Part shown: positions 39,320 to 52,278 of the stretch, in pieces
Numbering within the stretch: position 1 is the stretch's first letter
Layout: the number at the start of each line of letters is the position of its first letter
From: Catajapyx aquilonaris
Taxonomy: Eukaryota
Reading direction: 5' to 3'
NCBI GenBank assembly: GCA_000934665.2
Contig: KZ538054.1
Coordinates: 1-64,000 of the forward strand
Length of the DNA stretch: 64,000 bases
The notes under the pieces: generated by a model
What the model was told of the DNA's origin: nothing
The model's database searches: none
The model's input: the letters and a program-made list of their open reading frames with translations, nothing else
Position numbers and translations under genes: made by a program

Positions 39320-40309
39320 TTTATTTCGCTGATGCTGCTGACCCTGTCACAGGCAGTACACCATGCGCAGTACTGTACCTACTCCAGGAGGAGAGGATGG
39401 TACCGGTAGGATGAGGTTCCAGCAGTACGTAAGTGGAAGCACTTACCAGCCAGCGACCTGCACGACCAGGAAGACGACAAAGCCGTTAGTTGGCGTCGGT
39501 GTTTCGTCGTCTTTCCTCACCCAGACTGCGCCATGGCGACAATGGAATCTGCGCGTACCGGTAGTTCCTGATTCGGTCGATACCATCCACCATCGCAGAA
39601 GAGCGGAGAATTTCGCATTCGAAAGGACGAGCGGACGACTTTTGACTGCGTAAAGCGACAAACGTACTATGGAAAGAGAATAATATATTTCATGCCATAT
39701 TATACCCAGCAATTGGCATGAAAGTGAAAAGCTAGGGGGAGCTGTCAAAGATGGCTAGTGTCAAGTGAAGCAATTCTTGCCATTTCATCATTCCTTTGAA
39801 CTGCAACCCTCGCTCTACCGTACCATACTAATGCCTTGTGGGGAAAGGCAATGACAGGTTAGATGTGTATGAATATAAACTCATGTTTGTTACAGTGGTC
39901 ATAAAGTGAGTGGGAAGGTCATATTTTCACACTATAGTTAAGTAATTTGCAGGAGCATATGTCTCAGGAATGAACATTAGCTGATGGGAGTGCATCATGG
40001 ATGAGGCTCTTCTTGGAAGTATGTCTAGTTTCCACTATATTTTTTCTCATGTAACAAAACTGTGGCAGGCCTATGCCGGTTGGCATAGCCACCAGATGTG
40101 GTGACTCACAATTTTCTGGTATGCCACTATTTGTGGGGTAATAATTATGGATTATTATTTTATTTATTTATTATGGTTACTGTCATTCCCACACATCTCT
40201 GTGTTCCTATTACATGCCATCGTGCCCTCTCTTTTTCATTGGTACTACTGGATTTTGTTGTTGTAACACATATTTTAATACATTTGAAGATACCGTACCT
40301 TTGAAGCAT

Positions 40310-40480
40310 GTGGGTGTGGCAAAGCCACAATAACGTTTGTTGGCCTGCGGCGCAACATGACGGACAGTAGATGTTGCGGATACAGAAACCCACAATAATC
40401 GCCCAGCTCCGCAAAAACTAAAAATATCATGCACAGTTGACGTACCGTGCCTGGCGGGGCCACAAGACGGACAGTACTGG
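40310..40480 (-). repeat. Fragment homologous to the 3' part of the SINE-like repeat at 48470-48890
   Basis: Shares GCGGAGCTGGGCGATTATTGTGGGTTT...CGTTATTGTGGCTTTGCCA and TGTGGCCCCGCCAGGCA with 48715-48890. Confidence 0.6.
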
Positions 40481-41819
40481 TGCGGTCACTCCAACGCCTC
40501 ACAGATAACACCAACACAATCAGAGTGGGGCATGCCTTGAGTAATTTAAAAAGCTTAGGATTCATGTTACGGCAACACTTGTTGGCGGGCAAGATAGAGG
40601 CCTCGAGCAGTGGCTCAGGAGATACGAACCTCCCTCCTTACTTCCAGGAAGGCTTGCCCAATTCCAGATAAGCACCGATGCAATGCCTCGGCCATGAATG
40701 CTCCTGAATCTTGAATTAAACTCCTACACTCTCGTTCTATATGTCCAACAAACCAAGAATAACCGTTTATTTACATCATTCAGCATCCCTCACAGCATGT
40801 TTCCACGGAGAATCACCTCACGCAACTATGGGAGTGAACAGTTTCAACAAAGGAACACTTGTTTACTTTCATTTTATTCATTGTTATTACTTGCAATTTC
40901 AAAATTCAATTACTCTTGAACCAAGCATTTCCGCACCCTAAGATTAGTGCCATTCGACTCAGATCATCGAGTAGATTCAGAAAATATACATAAACCTGCA
41001 TGATTTTTGCGGCGCTAAACTGCACCGAAGCCGTTAAAGGTACGCCATAAAAATGCCAAGAAAATTTCGACAGGCTGCCTGAGCAAACAAACCACAACTG
41101 CTATTCTTACATACAGCACATTTGAAACACCAGCTCGAACCCTGGGCCTGCCCCGAGGCCGTAGCTGGACTGTGCCACCGTGTCTAGGATAAAAATGGAA
41201 TAAGATACCAGGATAGCAAGATATGGAACTCTTTAAATTCTGAACAAAACATGATACGATCATTACCTGTAATTACACCAACAGTCTCGTATTAAACCAA
41301 GGCAACAGTGTGTAAAGTCGAAAATGGAAGAAAGTATATGCAACCAATGTGAGTACAAAGCACTGAACAGAGTACAGACACCACGTAGAAATGTAATAAC
41401 GCTGAGGAGCTGGAGTTGGCAGCATGAGGAGAGGGCGATGTGACCCCTCCGGCCTTGAGAGAAGGGAAGGACCGTTTCCCCGGCAACTTAACAGGAGTTG
41501 TTTATACCACAATGCGCATTATTAGAACAGGGAGCCAATGTCCCAAAGTCCTTTCCGCCTCCTGCAGCCAAGGATGACCTCGGAGGTCAATTCCAATGTG
41601 CTTAAAACCTTCCCAGTAAAAAACTACCCCTAATCATTCCCCTGGGGCATATGTCGAGGCCTCCTTATGGATTTTAAGAACAAACAATGGGATATACGTT
41701 GTGAAATATGTATTAGATATCTTAACATGTTTTAAAACAGAATTAAGGCATGATTGGTGCAGTCTCTTCTCCTGTACACAATTTACTCCACCTGTTTGTA
41801 GTTCACTTCCTTCGCTCCA

Positions 41820-44048
41820 TTAAATATCCATCTTAAAATTGCGAACAAAAATTTGCGACAGCTTGGATGCTGTAACATGGTCAGAAACAACATTTTCTTG
41901 GAACAAGAAGTCAGACAGTTGTTGTTGCAAAGATTTGTCAAAGGCTCTTTTCCGCAAGCAAAGCAAGTCATAGTTTTTCGAATCTATCGTTAAATTGCAT
42001 TGAATCTCTTTACTCTCTGTAACAAGGCCTGAATGGTCTGAAGTCTTTGGCATGTTGTTTGCTCCAGAAATTATTTTTGTACCCAGAGGGGTAGGAGAAT
42101 CAATGACTACTGTTGTCTTTTCTTCCTTCATGTCAACCAAGGGAGCCCAGAATTCCATAATTGCATCACTGACGTCAGTTTCACCAGCAGTGTGAGGCAC
42201 ATTCATTTCTGGTAGCCCGCAACTGGTATTAGGAGAAGGGGAAAGACCCCACTTATTCAGCTGTAAAGCAGAATAGGACAATCAATTAACAGACAATTAA
42301 TAAATGGCAGCATTAAGCACTATGTACGTCCTCGTGCCCAATATTTGTGTTTGGAGGAGAGTTAACCCTTTTAATCCATAGATATACACACTGCATATCT
42401 TATTTTATTTTTCAGCCCAAGAAAGTAGTGCAAGAATAAGCAAGGCCTGTACAGAACATTTTTCACTCCCTCCTTTGGCTCTGCAAATCCTTGCAATTCA
42501 ATTACCTATACTTGACATAATGGGTTGAAAAGTAAAATATTCAGCCTTACCAGAATACATCTGATCTCTCCTGGTATGTTACTTTGGAGCCACTTGTGCA
42601 ACCTATCAGGTGACTTGTTCCAACAGCCAATCCATACTTTCACTACATGACTGTTTATCAATTGTACATACGACATCAGCTTCTGAAAAAATAATCCAGT
42701 ATTACTGTATATTGAACAATTTCAAGACAAGGCTCAAGTATTCAGCAAGGCTTACTTGTTTTGAAATCACTGCAGCCATTGAGGGCTTTTACACCGCTTC
42801 TGCCCAATTTGTACCCAAAAAAGCGTAATTCTCTTGCACAAAATGTGTAAGTTACACCTTCACATATTAATTGCCCCATTTGCTTTCCCAAAGAGACTAG
42901 AGTTGCAGTTTTACTTTCTGTAGTGTTCTGTTTTTCAGATTGCCCTTGTTGATTCTTGCAGCGTTCCATATTTGTCAGCTCTGTAAATAGCTTTCTCTGA
43001 AAATGAAAATAAGAGTGCTGGCATCAGGATCATTACCGACTAATTAATGGTAATATGGATGTTTCAAATGACCCAGGGATTCTGTTGGACCCAAACAAAA
43101 GTAAACACGTGATGACAGGAGTACAGATTTGCTTTTTTGCAAGTAAAATGTTACAATCCCCATCAGTAGGACTCATGAGAGTATGGAATAGAAAGCAATA
43201 GAATCCCTCATCCAAATCAAGAGAGGCCAGACCATATGCAATCATTGAAAAGTGGGGCAGCCAAATAGGTGTTAAATACTGTTAAGAAATTTCCTTACCA
43301 AAGCATCAATTTCCTCCTCAGGTATGTTTCGTGCATGGCAGTACCTCATCACATTCTCAATGGTACCATTTGTTTGCACACTCCTTCTGATGAAAACCAA
43401 ATTGACATACATCAAATTGAATAATACGTTTACAAGGGAAGGTCACGGGGTGATAATGACGAATCTTGATGAAATTTAACATGCTAATACAGGACAATAT
43501 ATGATACCCAAAAATGAAATATTTCGTGCGGAGGCCCATATTTGCAAAAGTTATGACGTCTTAAAGTTCCAAAAATAATACATTTTCATTCATAATGGGA
43601 CTACATTAGCGACCACATATAATGACATTGAAGTGTGTAATCAGTTTCTACACTTTTTTCTCATAGGAAAAAAGTCCTACAGAATGGCTCTGTCCGTCCG
43701 TCCGTCTGTGGACAGATATCAAGGCCTAAACCGTAAGAGATACAAGCAGAGCCGTTAGGTAGGACTTTTTTCCGATGAGACAAAGTGTAGAAACTGATTA
43801 CACACTTCAATGTGGTCTTATATGTGGTCGCTAATGTAATCCCATTATGAACTCAATGAAAATGTGTTTTTATTTTTTTTAACTTTAAGACGTCATAACT
43901 TTTGCAAATATGGGCCTCCGCACGAAATACGTATTTCATTTTTGGGTATCATATATTGCCCTGTATTAGCATGTTAAATTTCATCAAGATCCATTGTCAT
44001 TATCACCCTGTGACCTTCCCTTGTTAGCATCCACCCAAGCAAACTGAC
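41820..44048 (-). pseudogene. Array copy E, pseudogenised
   Basis: Exon 6 (44048-43299) is split by a MITE and frameshifted. Exon 7 is 42996-42756. Exon 8 (42682-42551) is 132 nt versus 131 nt in B/C/D, a frameshift. The terminal exon 42260-41820 contains EFWAPL. No intact upstream exons were seen. Confidence 0.7.
43433..44023. mobile_element. Foldback MITE with TTA target duplication (PIF/Harbinger-type) inside copy E exon 6
   Basis: ~250-bp arms starting CAAGGGAAGGTCAC. TTA at 43430-43432 and 44024-44026. Confidence 0.8.
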
Positions 44049-44653
44049 CTAAAATTAATGTAATAAATATTAATTAACACATAAATTTCACTGTTCATAA
44101 GGAAATACTCATATTGAATTTTCATTTCATTTGTTACTTGTAACATTCTAAAACTTATTTTCCTGGTAACCACATTTATGGTAAGTACTGTACATTATAA
44201 AAATAAACATTCCAATAAACAGTGATTTTCTTCTTGCCCACCTAGTGAATGCTATGGAATGTCCATCTCTAGCAGAATGAATGTGATGTTTGTGAATTTA
44301 TTCCCACTAACCTTTCACTCCCTATATGCCTGCTTTTGCCCCTCTTAAATTTTGAAACAGCCTTGTGGCTCTTGTACCATATGCTTCAGTATTGAGCCGA
44401 GAGTCGCTCCAGAAAAGGAAAGGCGTAGGAGTCGCCGGGGAGGAGAGGGGGAACAGGACGCCAGGGAGCCGGTGGTGGGCACGGCCCCGAGGCAGAAAAA
44501 CCTTGGGGATTTTTGGCCCGGACCCCGGAGAGAGGGGAGGAAGAACGGAGGCCGACAGTGGCGCCCAAGTGGGGCCAAACCAAAGGGCCAAACCAATCCA
44601 GCAAGAAGAGGAGGAAGGAACGAGGAAGTGATGAAGTGGGTGGGTGGTGGAGG

Positions 44654-47201
44654 TACGGAAGCCCGGAAGGGTCACGTCGCACTCTTTAAACTTTGTGTCT
44701 CTCTCTAAACCTGCTCTAAACTTTGCGTGGCACTCTATTCTTCCGCCGCACTCTTTTTACTTCCGCCGCACTCTTTTCACTTCCGCTCAACTCTTTATAC
44801 TTCCGCTGCCCTCTTTCTTCTTCTACCGCACTCTATAAGGTGCAACCCGCTCACTCCCCGGCAATAGAGGGCGGGCCGGGCGGGCGTTCCCCCCTTTTCC
44901 CCCTTGTATTTCTTATGGAGTATGGTTATTGCAACATACTGAGCTTAATAACGCAGATAGAGTCATCGGGTTTGCGACAGAAATGACGTAAATGCACGTA
45001 TCTTGAGATCGGCCGATTCAAATTTGCAAATCTAATCATAAATCGCCTTTAAAATAGCGATGTAATGGTTAAAAAACGGGTATATTATGGAGCTCCATTG
45101 CTCCGTCCGAAGACGTGCTATCGACACCGGGATTTAAATCCCGGTGTCGATAGCACGTCTTCGGACGGATTTTCAGATTTTTCTCCTAGACTAAATTTAG
45201 TCTAGGAGAAAAATCTGAAAATCTGATGGTTAGAAGCAAAATTGGAAACAAGTTGCTAACAAGCCTTTTTAGACTAATTCGACCATGCTGATTTCGAAAA
45301 TTGCTGTTAGCACTCTGAATTTTGGGTCCTTGTGCCCCAAATACAAGATGGCGTCCGAGATTACGCCGTTTCCCAAAATTACACCGTTTTGGCGTGTTTT
45401 ACCCTAAATATCGCATGTGAGATATGGTTTTAGGGGTTCCCTGGGTCGCTAAGGTCATATGACGTCACTGAAAGTAGAAAATCTGAAGTGGCGGGAAGTT
45501 TTATGGGATTTGAAAGGTTTTGCTTGTAACACACACACAAGGCTGTCACAGAATACGTTGTCACTAGCAACATTTCATTTTATTATGACAAATGTATAGT
45601 CAAAGGATTGTAACCATCAGACAAGTCCAGTACTTATACTTGCACGGCAAGCATTGCGTACCTATGCATCTTTTCTACCCATGTACATGCACACAGGGTG
45701 CGGAAACTTAGCGTGCCTTGGCCTTATTCGCTTTGGGGGAATAGTAGAGGAGTTCTTAATCTAGGCGATCGTTTTAAGTGTAGGCAGCTCTTGGTGTAGG
45801 TAACGGGGATCTCTGTAGACTAGTTAGCGAGATAAATAAACAGTGCGTTATATGAAAATATATGTTTCGGAGACAGCCTACGGCAGGGGTATTCTACTAG
45901 TTTATGACAATGTCCAGTATTTACCTTTCCTGGATGGGTCATTGAAGGTCTGGACCCCTCCCCCCGGGTAAAGATATGGATTTTATATGGTACAACAGGG
46001 TTCGTTTTTTGAAATTAGAAACATGTGCAGCAATGGTAGAAGGGCTTATTAAGACATTTTCGCCCTTATGAAGTCCTGTACAGGCGCGTAGGCAGAATTT
46101 TTTCGGAGGGGCGCCCATTTCATAACCGCAAGGGGAACAAGCCGTACATTTTTTGTCAGGATTCAAGGTCACACGAGCTTAGGTGAATGTGGGAGATTTG
46201 AAGCAATTTTTCAAAAAAAAATCATGAATTGGTAATTTCTAATGTTTCAAACTTTGGCCCGCAGTAGGCCACACACTGATCCTACTCAGGACCCCAGAAA
46301 CCCTAAGCCCCAAAGCAAACACTCACAGTTCGGGCAACTCCTTTCTTTTATTCCTCCACGAGCTCAGCAAATACACGTCCGTCCCCTTGGTCTCTTCTTG
46401 GCTCTCTCCCTCTTTCCCTTGCCTCCCGCTAGGCGGCTCCCCACACGGCCACCAACTGCCACTTTCCAGGGGAGCCAACCTAGGGGAGGCGCGGGCCATA
46501 CAAACACGACCCCACATGCCACAAAACTGTCCTGTATATCGTCGCGGTCCGGACAAAATTGCGTCAGTTGAATAGCCCTGGCCTGCGGCACATACATCAC
46601 CTTTAAAGGCCATTTCACAAAAAAAATGTCGCGCGGCAAACGGCGCGACTTGCGGCAAATTTTATTGTTGCCAACAATTGGCAACAATAAATATAAATAA
46701 AAATTTGCCGCAAGTCGCGCCGTTTGCCGCGCGACATTTTTTTTGTGAAATGGCCTTTAGTCATTGACTGATATACCTATAAAATGGGATCGTAAATTTA
46801 AATTAAATTGCCGGCCGATCTCAAGATACGTGCATTTACGTCATTTCTGTCGCAAACCCGATGACTCTATCTGCGTTATTAAGCTCAGTATGTTGCAATA
46901 ACCATACTCCATAAGAAATACAAGGGGGAAAAGGGGGAAACGCCCGCCCGGCCCGCCCTCTATTGCCGGGGAGTGAGCGGGTTGCACCTTATAGAGTGCG
47001 GTGGAAGAAGAAAGAGGGCAGCGGAAGTATAAAGAGTTGAGCGGAAGTGAAAAGAGTTGAGCGGAAGTGAAAAGAGTTGAGCGGAAGTGAAAAGAGTGCG
47101 GCGGAAGAATAGAGTGCCACGCAAAGTTTAGAGAGAGACACAAAGAAGAAAGAGAGACACAAAGTTTAAAGAGTGCGACGTGACCCTTCCGGGCTTCCGT
47201 A
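44654..47201. repeat. Foldback region: ~360-390-bp inverted arms with a 20-bp minisatellite and internal perfect palindromes
   Basis: Arms at 44654-45015 and 46812-47201, with tandem GCGGAAGTGAAAAGAGTTGA units. Palindromes at 45102-45169, 45168-45223 and 46604-46759. Confidence 0.8.
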
Positions 47202-47689
47202 TGGAGGCCGTGAGGAAAGATCAAGGAAAGATGGCGGCGGCCATGCTGAGGGGCCCAGGAGTCCTAGCGGTTCACGATATATTTGCAAAGAAAACTGCAT
47301 TTTATGATAGAAGCAAGCCGCTTGGCACAGCGATACTTTAGAGTTTAGACCATTTAAAAAATATTTGCCCGTAGCACGGTAGCAGTCACATTTACATCCC
47401 TTAGGGGGGGCAGGGGGGCCATTTAAAAAATTAAATATCAGCCGATTTTTTAAATTTAGGTGTCCATTTCATATGTCTTGACGTCCCAAAGATTATTCCC
47501 GAAGCACACGAAATTTCGTCTCAGAGGGGGCGGGGGCAGGGGGAGCCGGTTTCCAAAAAAGGGGGGCCATTTTTAAAAACAACAACAACAACAACAAGTA
47601 AACATCAGCCGATCTTTAAAATTTACGTGTCAATTTCATATGTCTTGACGTCCCAAAGATGATTGCGGGGGCCTTTCCGAGTGTCCCAG

Positions 47690-47894
47690 TCACGTGGTTG
47701 ATTCCGCTTCTTCTTCGTAACGATGATAACAAAGGAGAACTGTTTACGTATCTATAGCTCAAATTTTACTGTCAGAGCAACTCCAGGATCTTCAGTTTGT
47801 GACCAATGTTGGTCCGGAGGTCGTGGCAACTGGCTGTGTGGGTACCGCACTCTCTGGCGTTAATCTGGAGGGCCTTGAAGAGGCCGATGGACGC

Positions 47895-47967
<73 letters not shown>

Positions 47968-48460
47968 CACTCTTCGGATTTGGTGTCCATGGGGGCTCAA
48001 AGAGTCGTCATCAGATCCAGCGATACTGATGTACTAATTCTCGCAGTATCCTTCTTCCCGGAACTACGCCACAACGCGCCTGAAAGAGCTTTGGGTACTC
48101 TTCGGGACAGGGAAACATCGGAGATACATCTCAGTTCACCCTCTTGGTTCACCAGATTGCTGAAGCCCTCGGTGACAGAAAGCTGCGGCGGTGCTTCGAT
48201 TTTTCCATGCTGTCACAGGATGTGATACAGTATCCTTTTTTGCTACGCGGGGGAAACGTACAGCCTTCTCCTCTTGGACATCTGAGGAGGAAACTATATG
48301 GCGTTCTATGACTTCAGTCATCCTTTTGATGGTCCCCTTCGCAATGATCAGCTGAATGTTGTGGAAAAGTTCATTGTCAAGATGTATGGCGTAAAGGATC
48401 CGGACGTTACTGCTTGACCGTCAACAGCCGCGCCCGAAAACTTCTCTTTGCCACTTTGAA
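47690..48460 (+). mobile_element. Decayed XPG/FEN1-like (PIN) nuclease coding remnant, as carried by Academ-type DNA transposons
   Basis: Across frameshifts it reads NDDNKGELF, EEADGRL..FH, SSDTDVLILAV, LWVLFGTGKHRRYI, FFHAVTGCDTVSFFATRGK, VEKFIVKMYG. It is interrupted by (TA)n and ends at a SINE. Confidence 0.65.
47898..47965. repeat. (TA)n microsatellite
   Basis: Direct dinucleotide run. Confidence 0.95.
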
Positions 48461-48469
48461 GAGTTTGAA

Positions 48470-48890
48470 CCTCCCGGTGGCGGAGTGGTTAGCGCCGCAG
48501 CCTTCCACCTCTAAGGTCCCGAGTTCGATCCCCGGCTCGGACAGAGTATGCTTATGTCGATAGAGTTTCGATGCGTGTTCGCGTGGGTTCTCCCGTTTCC
48601 TCCCACAATCAAAATCCATCACAGCGCAGGCAATGATTAAAGTCGGTCAATTAAAAGATGATCCCCTAAGAAGCCCAAGGAGGCTTTATCACGGGGTATC
48701 CATTATCTCCACTGTCATCTGTTGTGGCCCCGCCAGGCAGGGTTCGTCGCCTTGCAGGATATTTTTAGGTAATGCGGAGCGGGAGCGGAGCTGGGCGATT
48801 ATTGTGGGTTTCGTATCCGCAACATTATTTACAGTATGTATACCTCTTGTGGCGCCGGAGGCCAACGAACGTTATTGTGGCTTTGCCAAC
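48470..48890 (+). mobile_element. tRNA-derived SINE-like repeat
   Basis: A-box TGGCGGAGTGG and B-box AGTTCGATCCC. The 3' part is repeated at 40310-40480; the 3' boundary is approximate. Confidence 0.65.
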
Positions 48891-50140
48891 ATCGGAACCC
48901 CTGGTGATCCCACCTCTGATATCTTGTTTGCTTGCTCCGGGAGGTTCATGCGACGCCGCCGAATAAGTCGCAAGGGTTTACTCTGAGCTATATCCGCTGA
49001 AAATGATAATAAGGTGCTAGATCCGGATCCAAGATGGCGGCATAGTTACAAAGTGGGGCTGCAAGCAGCAGCTTATATGACAGCTTTCTGAATATTCTTA
49101 GGCGCAGATGGAATCAATTGGCAGACCTGTATTGACGGGAAAGGAAATAGGTGGCGGTTAGGACTTTCGGCGGTAAAGGAAATTGGCGGTAAGGCAGGCG
49201 ACCTCAGCCACTCCATAGAAGTAAAGCCGTCGGTCCCGTGTGCTTGCGACATTGCGCGAGTGCATGTTAATGATCCCCAGAGTGGCAAAATTTCCAGGAG
49301 GAGGACCACCTCCTGGCGACGGTGTTGAGCCTATAGCGGCAGAAATAGGCCGACGTTAAGCCCCCGCTAAAGTAACTCCTTCCCCCGGCCTGATTAATTA
49401 GTGCCTTGACGAAAAGGTGGCGCAGCACTCACCAAGGGCCCTTGGTGAGTGCTCTGCCACCTGTTGGTCACGGCACGAATTCATCAGGCCGCCAAGGGAG
49501 TGCTGCCACCTTTTTGGTCACGGCACTACTTCTTCAGGCCGCCACATCCGGAGCGTTCCGGATACGAAAAAATAATGCTATTATTATAGGGGGATATCGG
49601 ATATGTGTCATGTGACTCATTTGCACTATTGTCATAGCTAACGCCATGTTCATTAGTACTCCATGTGGCAATAATAAACTTCTTTCTGTGAGTTGATACA
49701 ATGTTAAACATAATACGATAAATGGTTTATGTCTGATATCTTAAGAACGGTGGGTGATAGAGGCAAATGGTTTGCATATTTTGAATCAGCATGTTTCAAA
49801 TTGTCTTAGAACGCTTGTTGGTTACCAGGATTTCCGCCGAAATGTGTTTTTTTGTTTTTTTTTGTTTATCAGTGGAATGGAGTCAGGTCTACAGAAGAGA
49901 CATGGTGGCACATACTGTGCAACTTGGGCAATAGTAGAAACCATGTAAAATATGTAAATCATATGGTTATTCATCTTCCATATATGACACACAACATTTC
50001 TCATAGAAACAGTGAACAGTAATCATTGAAATCAGACCTTGATACATGGTTTAGAAATAAGCTACATGCTACATGAGTATAATTATAGGCAGTGTTTTTT
50101 TTCGGTTGTCATGTTTTAGATGGCAGTAGTGCTGGACGTT

Positions 50141-51897
50141 TCACCATGGTGACCCTAACGGAGGTGCTTCTGGGCAGCTGGGAGCCTCAGGAAAAATCTC
50201 CATGCATATGTTCATGACATCGTGAACTAATCTGTCAGCAAATTTATGGACAGTGCGATCCAGGCTTGACTTACTCTTCATGCAATCGAACCCACCAAAT
50301 TCACATATCCGGTAGTGGTGCAATATGGCAGTGGTTTGATGCACATTTAATTTCTGTTTCCCTGTGAGGATAAAGAAATATTCAGAGCAGGATGAATGAC
50401 ATAGTATACCTATCTATAAGTACGGTATTGCATTAATAAATTGCATTAAAATGATATGAGGGAGGTCATGAGAGAATGTTTCAAAAAAATCAAGCTTGTC
50501 ACAAACGCCACTTGCTTTGTCAAACACTTAGGACGTGAATATTACCTTTAACAAAGTCCCATATGCTGTGACTTCCAGCCTCTATTACTAGATCGGGTCG
50601 CACGATGTACTTGCTCCGAATTCCAAACATATGCAGAGACTTTACCCGCTGAGTCTTGAATAGTGTGAGTAAATAAGGGGTAGCCGTTACATGCTTGTCT
50701 TGGAAGAATCCAATAGCTCTTGTGTCATTCGGCCAGTACAAATAGAAGAAGGTGTTTCGGAAGATGAACGCCCCATGCAGATGAGGAGCCTTATCCAAGT
50801 CCTTCATCATGGAGTAGTAGTTATCGTGCCGACGAGGAACTATAAACTCATCCAAGTCCACCACAACAGTGTAGGTGAAACGGTGCCTGGTCCGGAAGAT
50901 GCAGTCATTCAAGGCAGCAAAAATTCCTTCTGTTCGGATTTCTTTTTGAGAACGAACTGGAAGAGCCCAAGGAAGGACAGTCAACATGTTTGATTTTTGG
51001 TAGTGCTGCAGTACCCTGAAACGACCAACGCCAAACAGTTACTTGCTCCAGATCTAATAACATTACTAGCTTGTAAAACAATTATAATTTGAAAACTTGT
51101 AATAAATATATTTATATGACCCGTGCAAGAAATGAATGATGCGAACCTTTCGACGTGGGGCCCAATGGTGTGGTTGTAGAACAGGAAGTGCTGAACTCCC
51201 ATGATCTTGTAGAACTCTACGAACTCGACCAGCCAGACTGCTCTGTTGTAAGCATTGTGAAGAGGCTTGACGCATAGGGCGAACTCTCCCTGATGCCCGT
51301 CCTGGTGCGAATACTGCACTGCCACTGATTCCGGGGTTTTGGCAGAAAAAGAAAAGAACCGCCCATCCTTATACTTTGATTTTGCCATCAGACCCGCACG
51401 CAGTGGCCTGAAGGACTGTGTCATCGGGCAGTCAAATCGATAGGCTGCGTAAGGCATCCCCCAGTGCTCTCTAAATGCTCTCACCGTGGGAGAAATTGTC
51501 ATCACCTATAGGTCAAAGTGCTACTATCAGCAGGCCCTAAACAGTCAATTCAGCTTGCAAAATGAATAGTGACCAGAACTTACCAGGGATCTGTTTTGCA
51601 CAATGCATTGCACCTTCTGCTGGATAGCGTTTCCAAACGGTGCCACCCCAATTATCCTGACCATGGGATTGTCCTTCTGTTCTTCGTCATAATAAGCCGA
51701 GAAGAAAAACACTTTGCCTGCTGATGTAGTGATTTCTCTCCAAGTGTCAACGGACCTCAGGTTCTTGACGGTGTATTTCCATTTCCCCAGGGAGCCGAGT
51801 AATACCCCTGAGGCTGATTTCAACTCACCTTTCTGGTGCACCTTTAAATGGTTTCCAACGATGAGTTTCCATTATTATTATTATTATTATTATTATT

Positions 51898-51985
<88 letters not shown>

Positions 51986-52278
51986 CTATCATCATTTCCT
52001 GATCTGGTATATATACATACCTTATAAAAAATCAACATGCCGCCACGATTATTTTGAAGAATGATAGAAAATGAGAGTGAATATTTTGAAGTAAAATATG
52101 ATGTAAAATGTCGTAATTATTTGAAGAATTAAAACTTATTATTACGGACCTGCGGCTGAATTTTAAAATAATATTATAGGCGGCTTACCCTGGACAGGTA
52201 ACTGAGAGAGATAAGTGGACCAAGTACATATGCGATCACTGTCAGTGTGCGAGGAACATGTCGGGGTTCGAAAAACAT
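50141..52278 (-). CDS. Glycosyltransferase family 92 (DUF23; galt-1-like) protein, ~465 aa
   Basis: Exons 52278-52189 (signal anchor), 51841-51584, 51505-51147, 51015-50546 and 50361-50141 are in frame. Motifs: FFFSAYYD, LCVKPLH, WLVEFVEFYKIMGVQHFLFYNH, AALNDCIFR, VVDLDEFIVP (DxD), RSKYIVRP, HHYR. Confidence 0.88.
51871..51995. repeat. Compound (ATT)n(CAT)n microsatellite in GT92 intron 1
   Basis: Direct trinucleotide runs. Confidence 0.95.

Noticed and set aside
47020..47110. CRISPR-like repeats
   Set aside because: Head-to-tail 20-bp units with no unique spacers, no cas genes, and a eukaryotic context.
44723..47224. Duplicated ORFs ending ITQIESSGLRQK
   Set aside because: Both are translations of the non-coding inverted arms.
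47799..48225. ORFs with a YIYIYI repeat
   Set aside because: This is a (TA)n expansion inside a decayed transposon ORF.
51714..52064. Poly-Tyr/His and poly-Asp/Asn ORFs
   Set aside because: These are translations of an intronic (ATT)n(CAT)n microsatellite.
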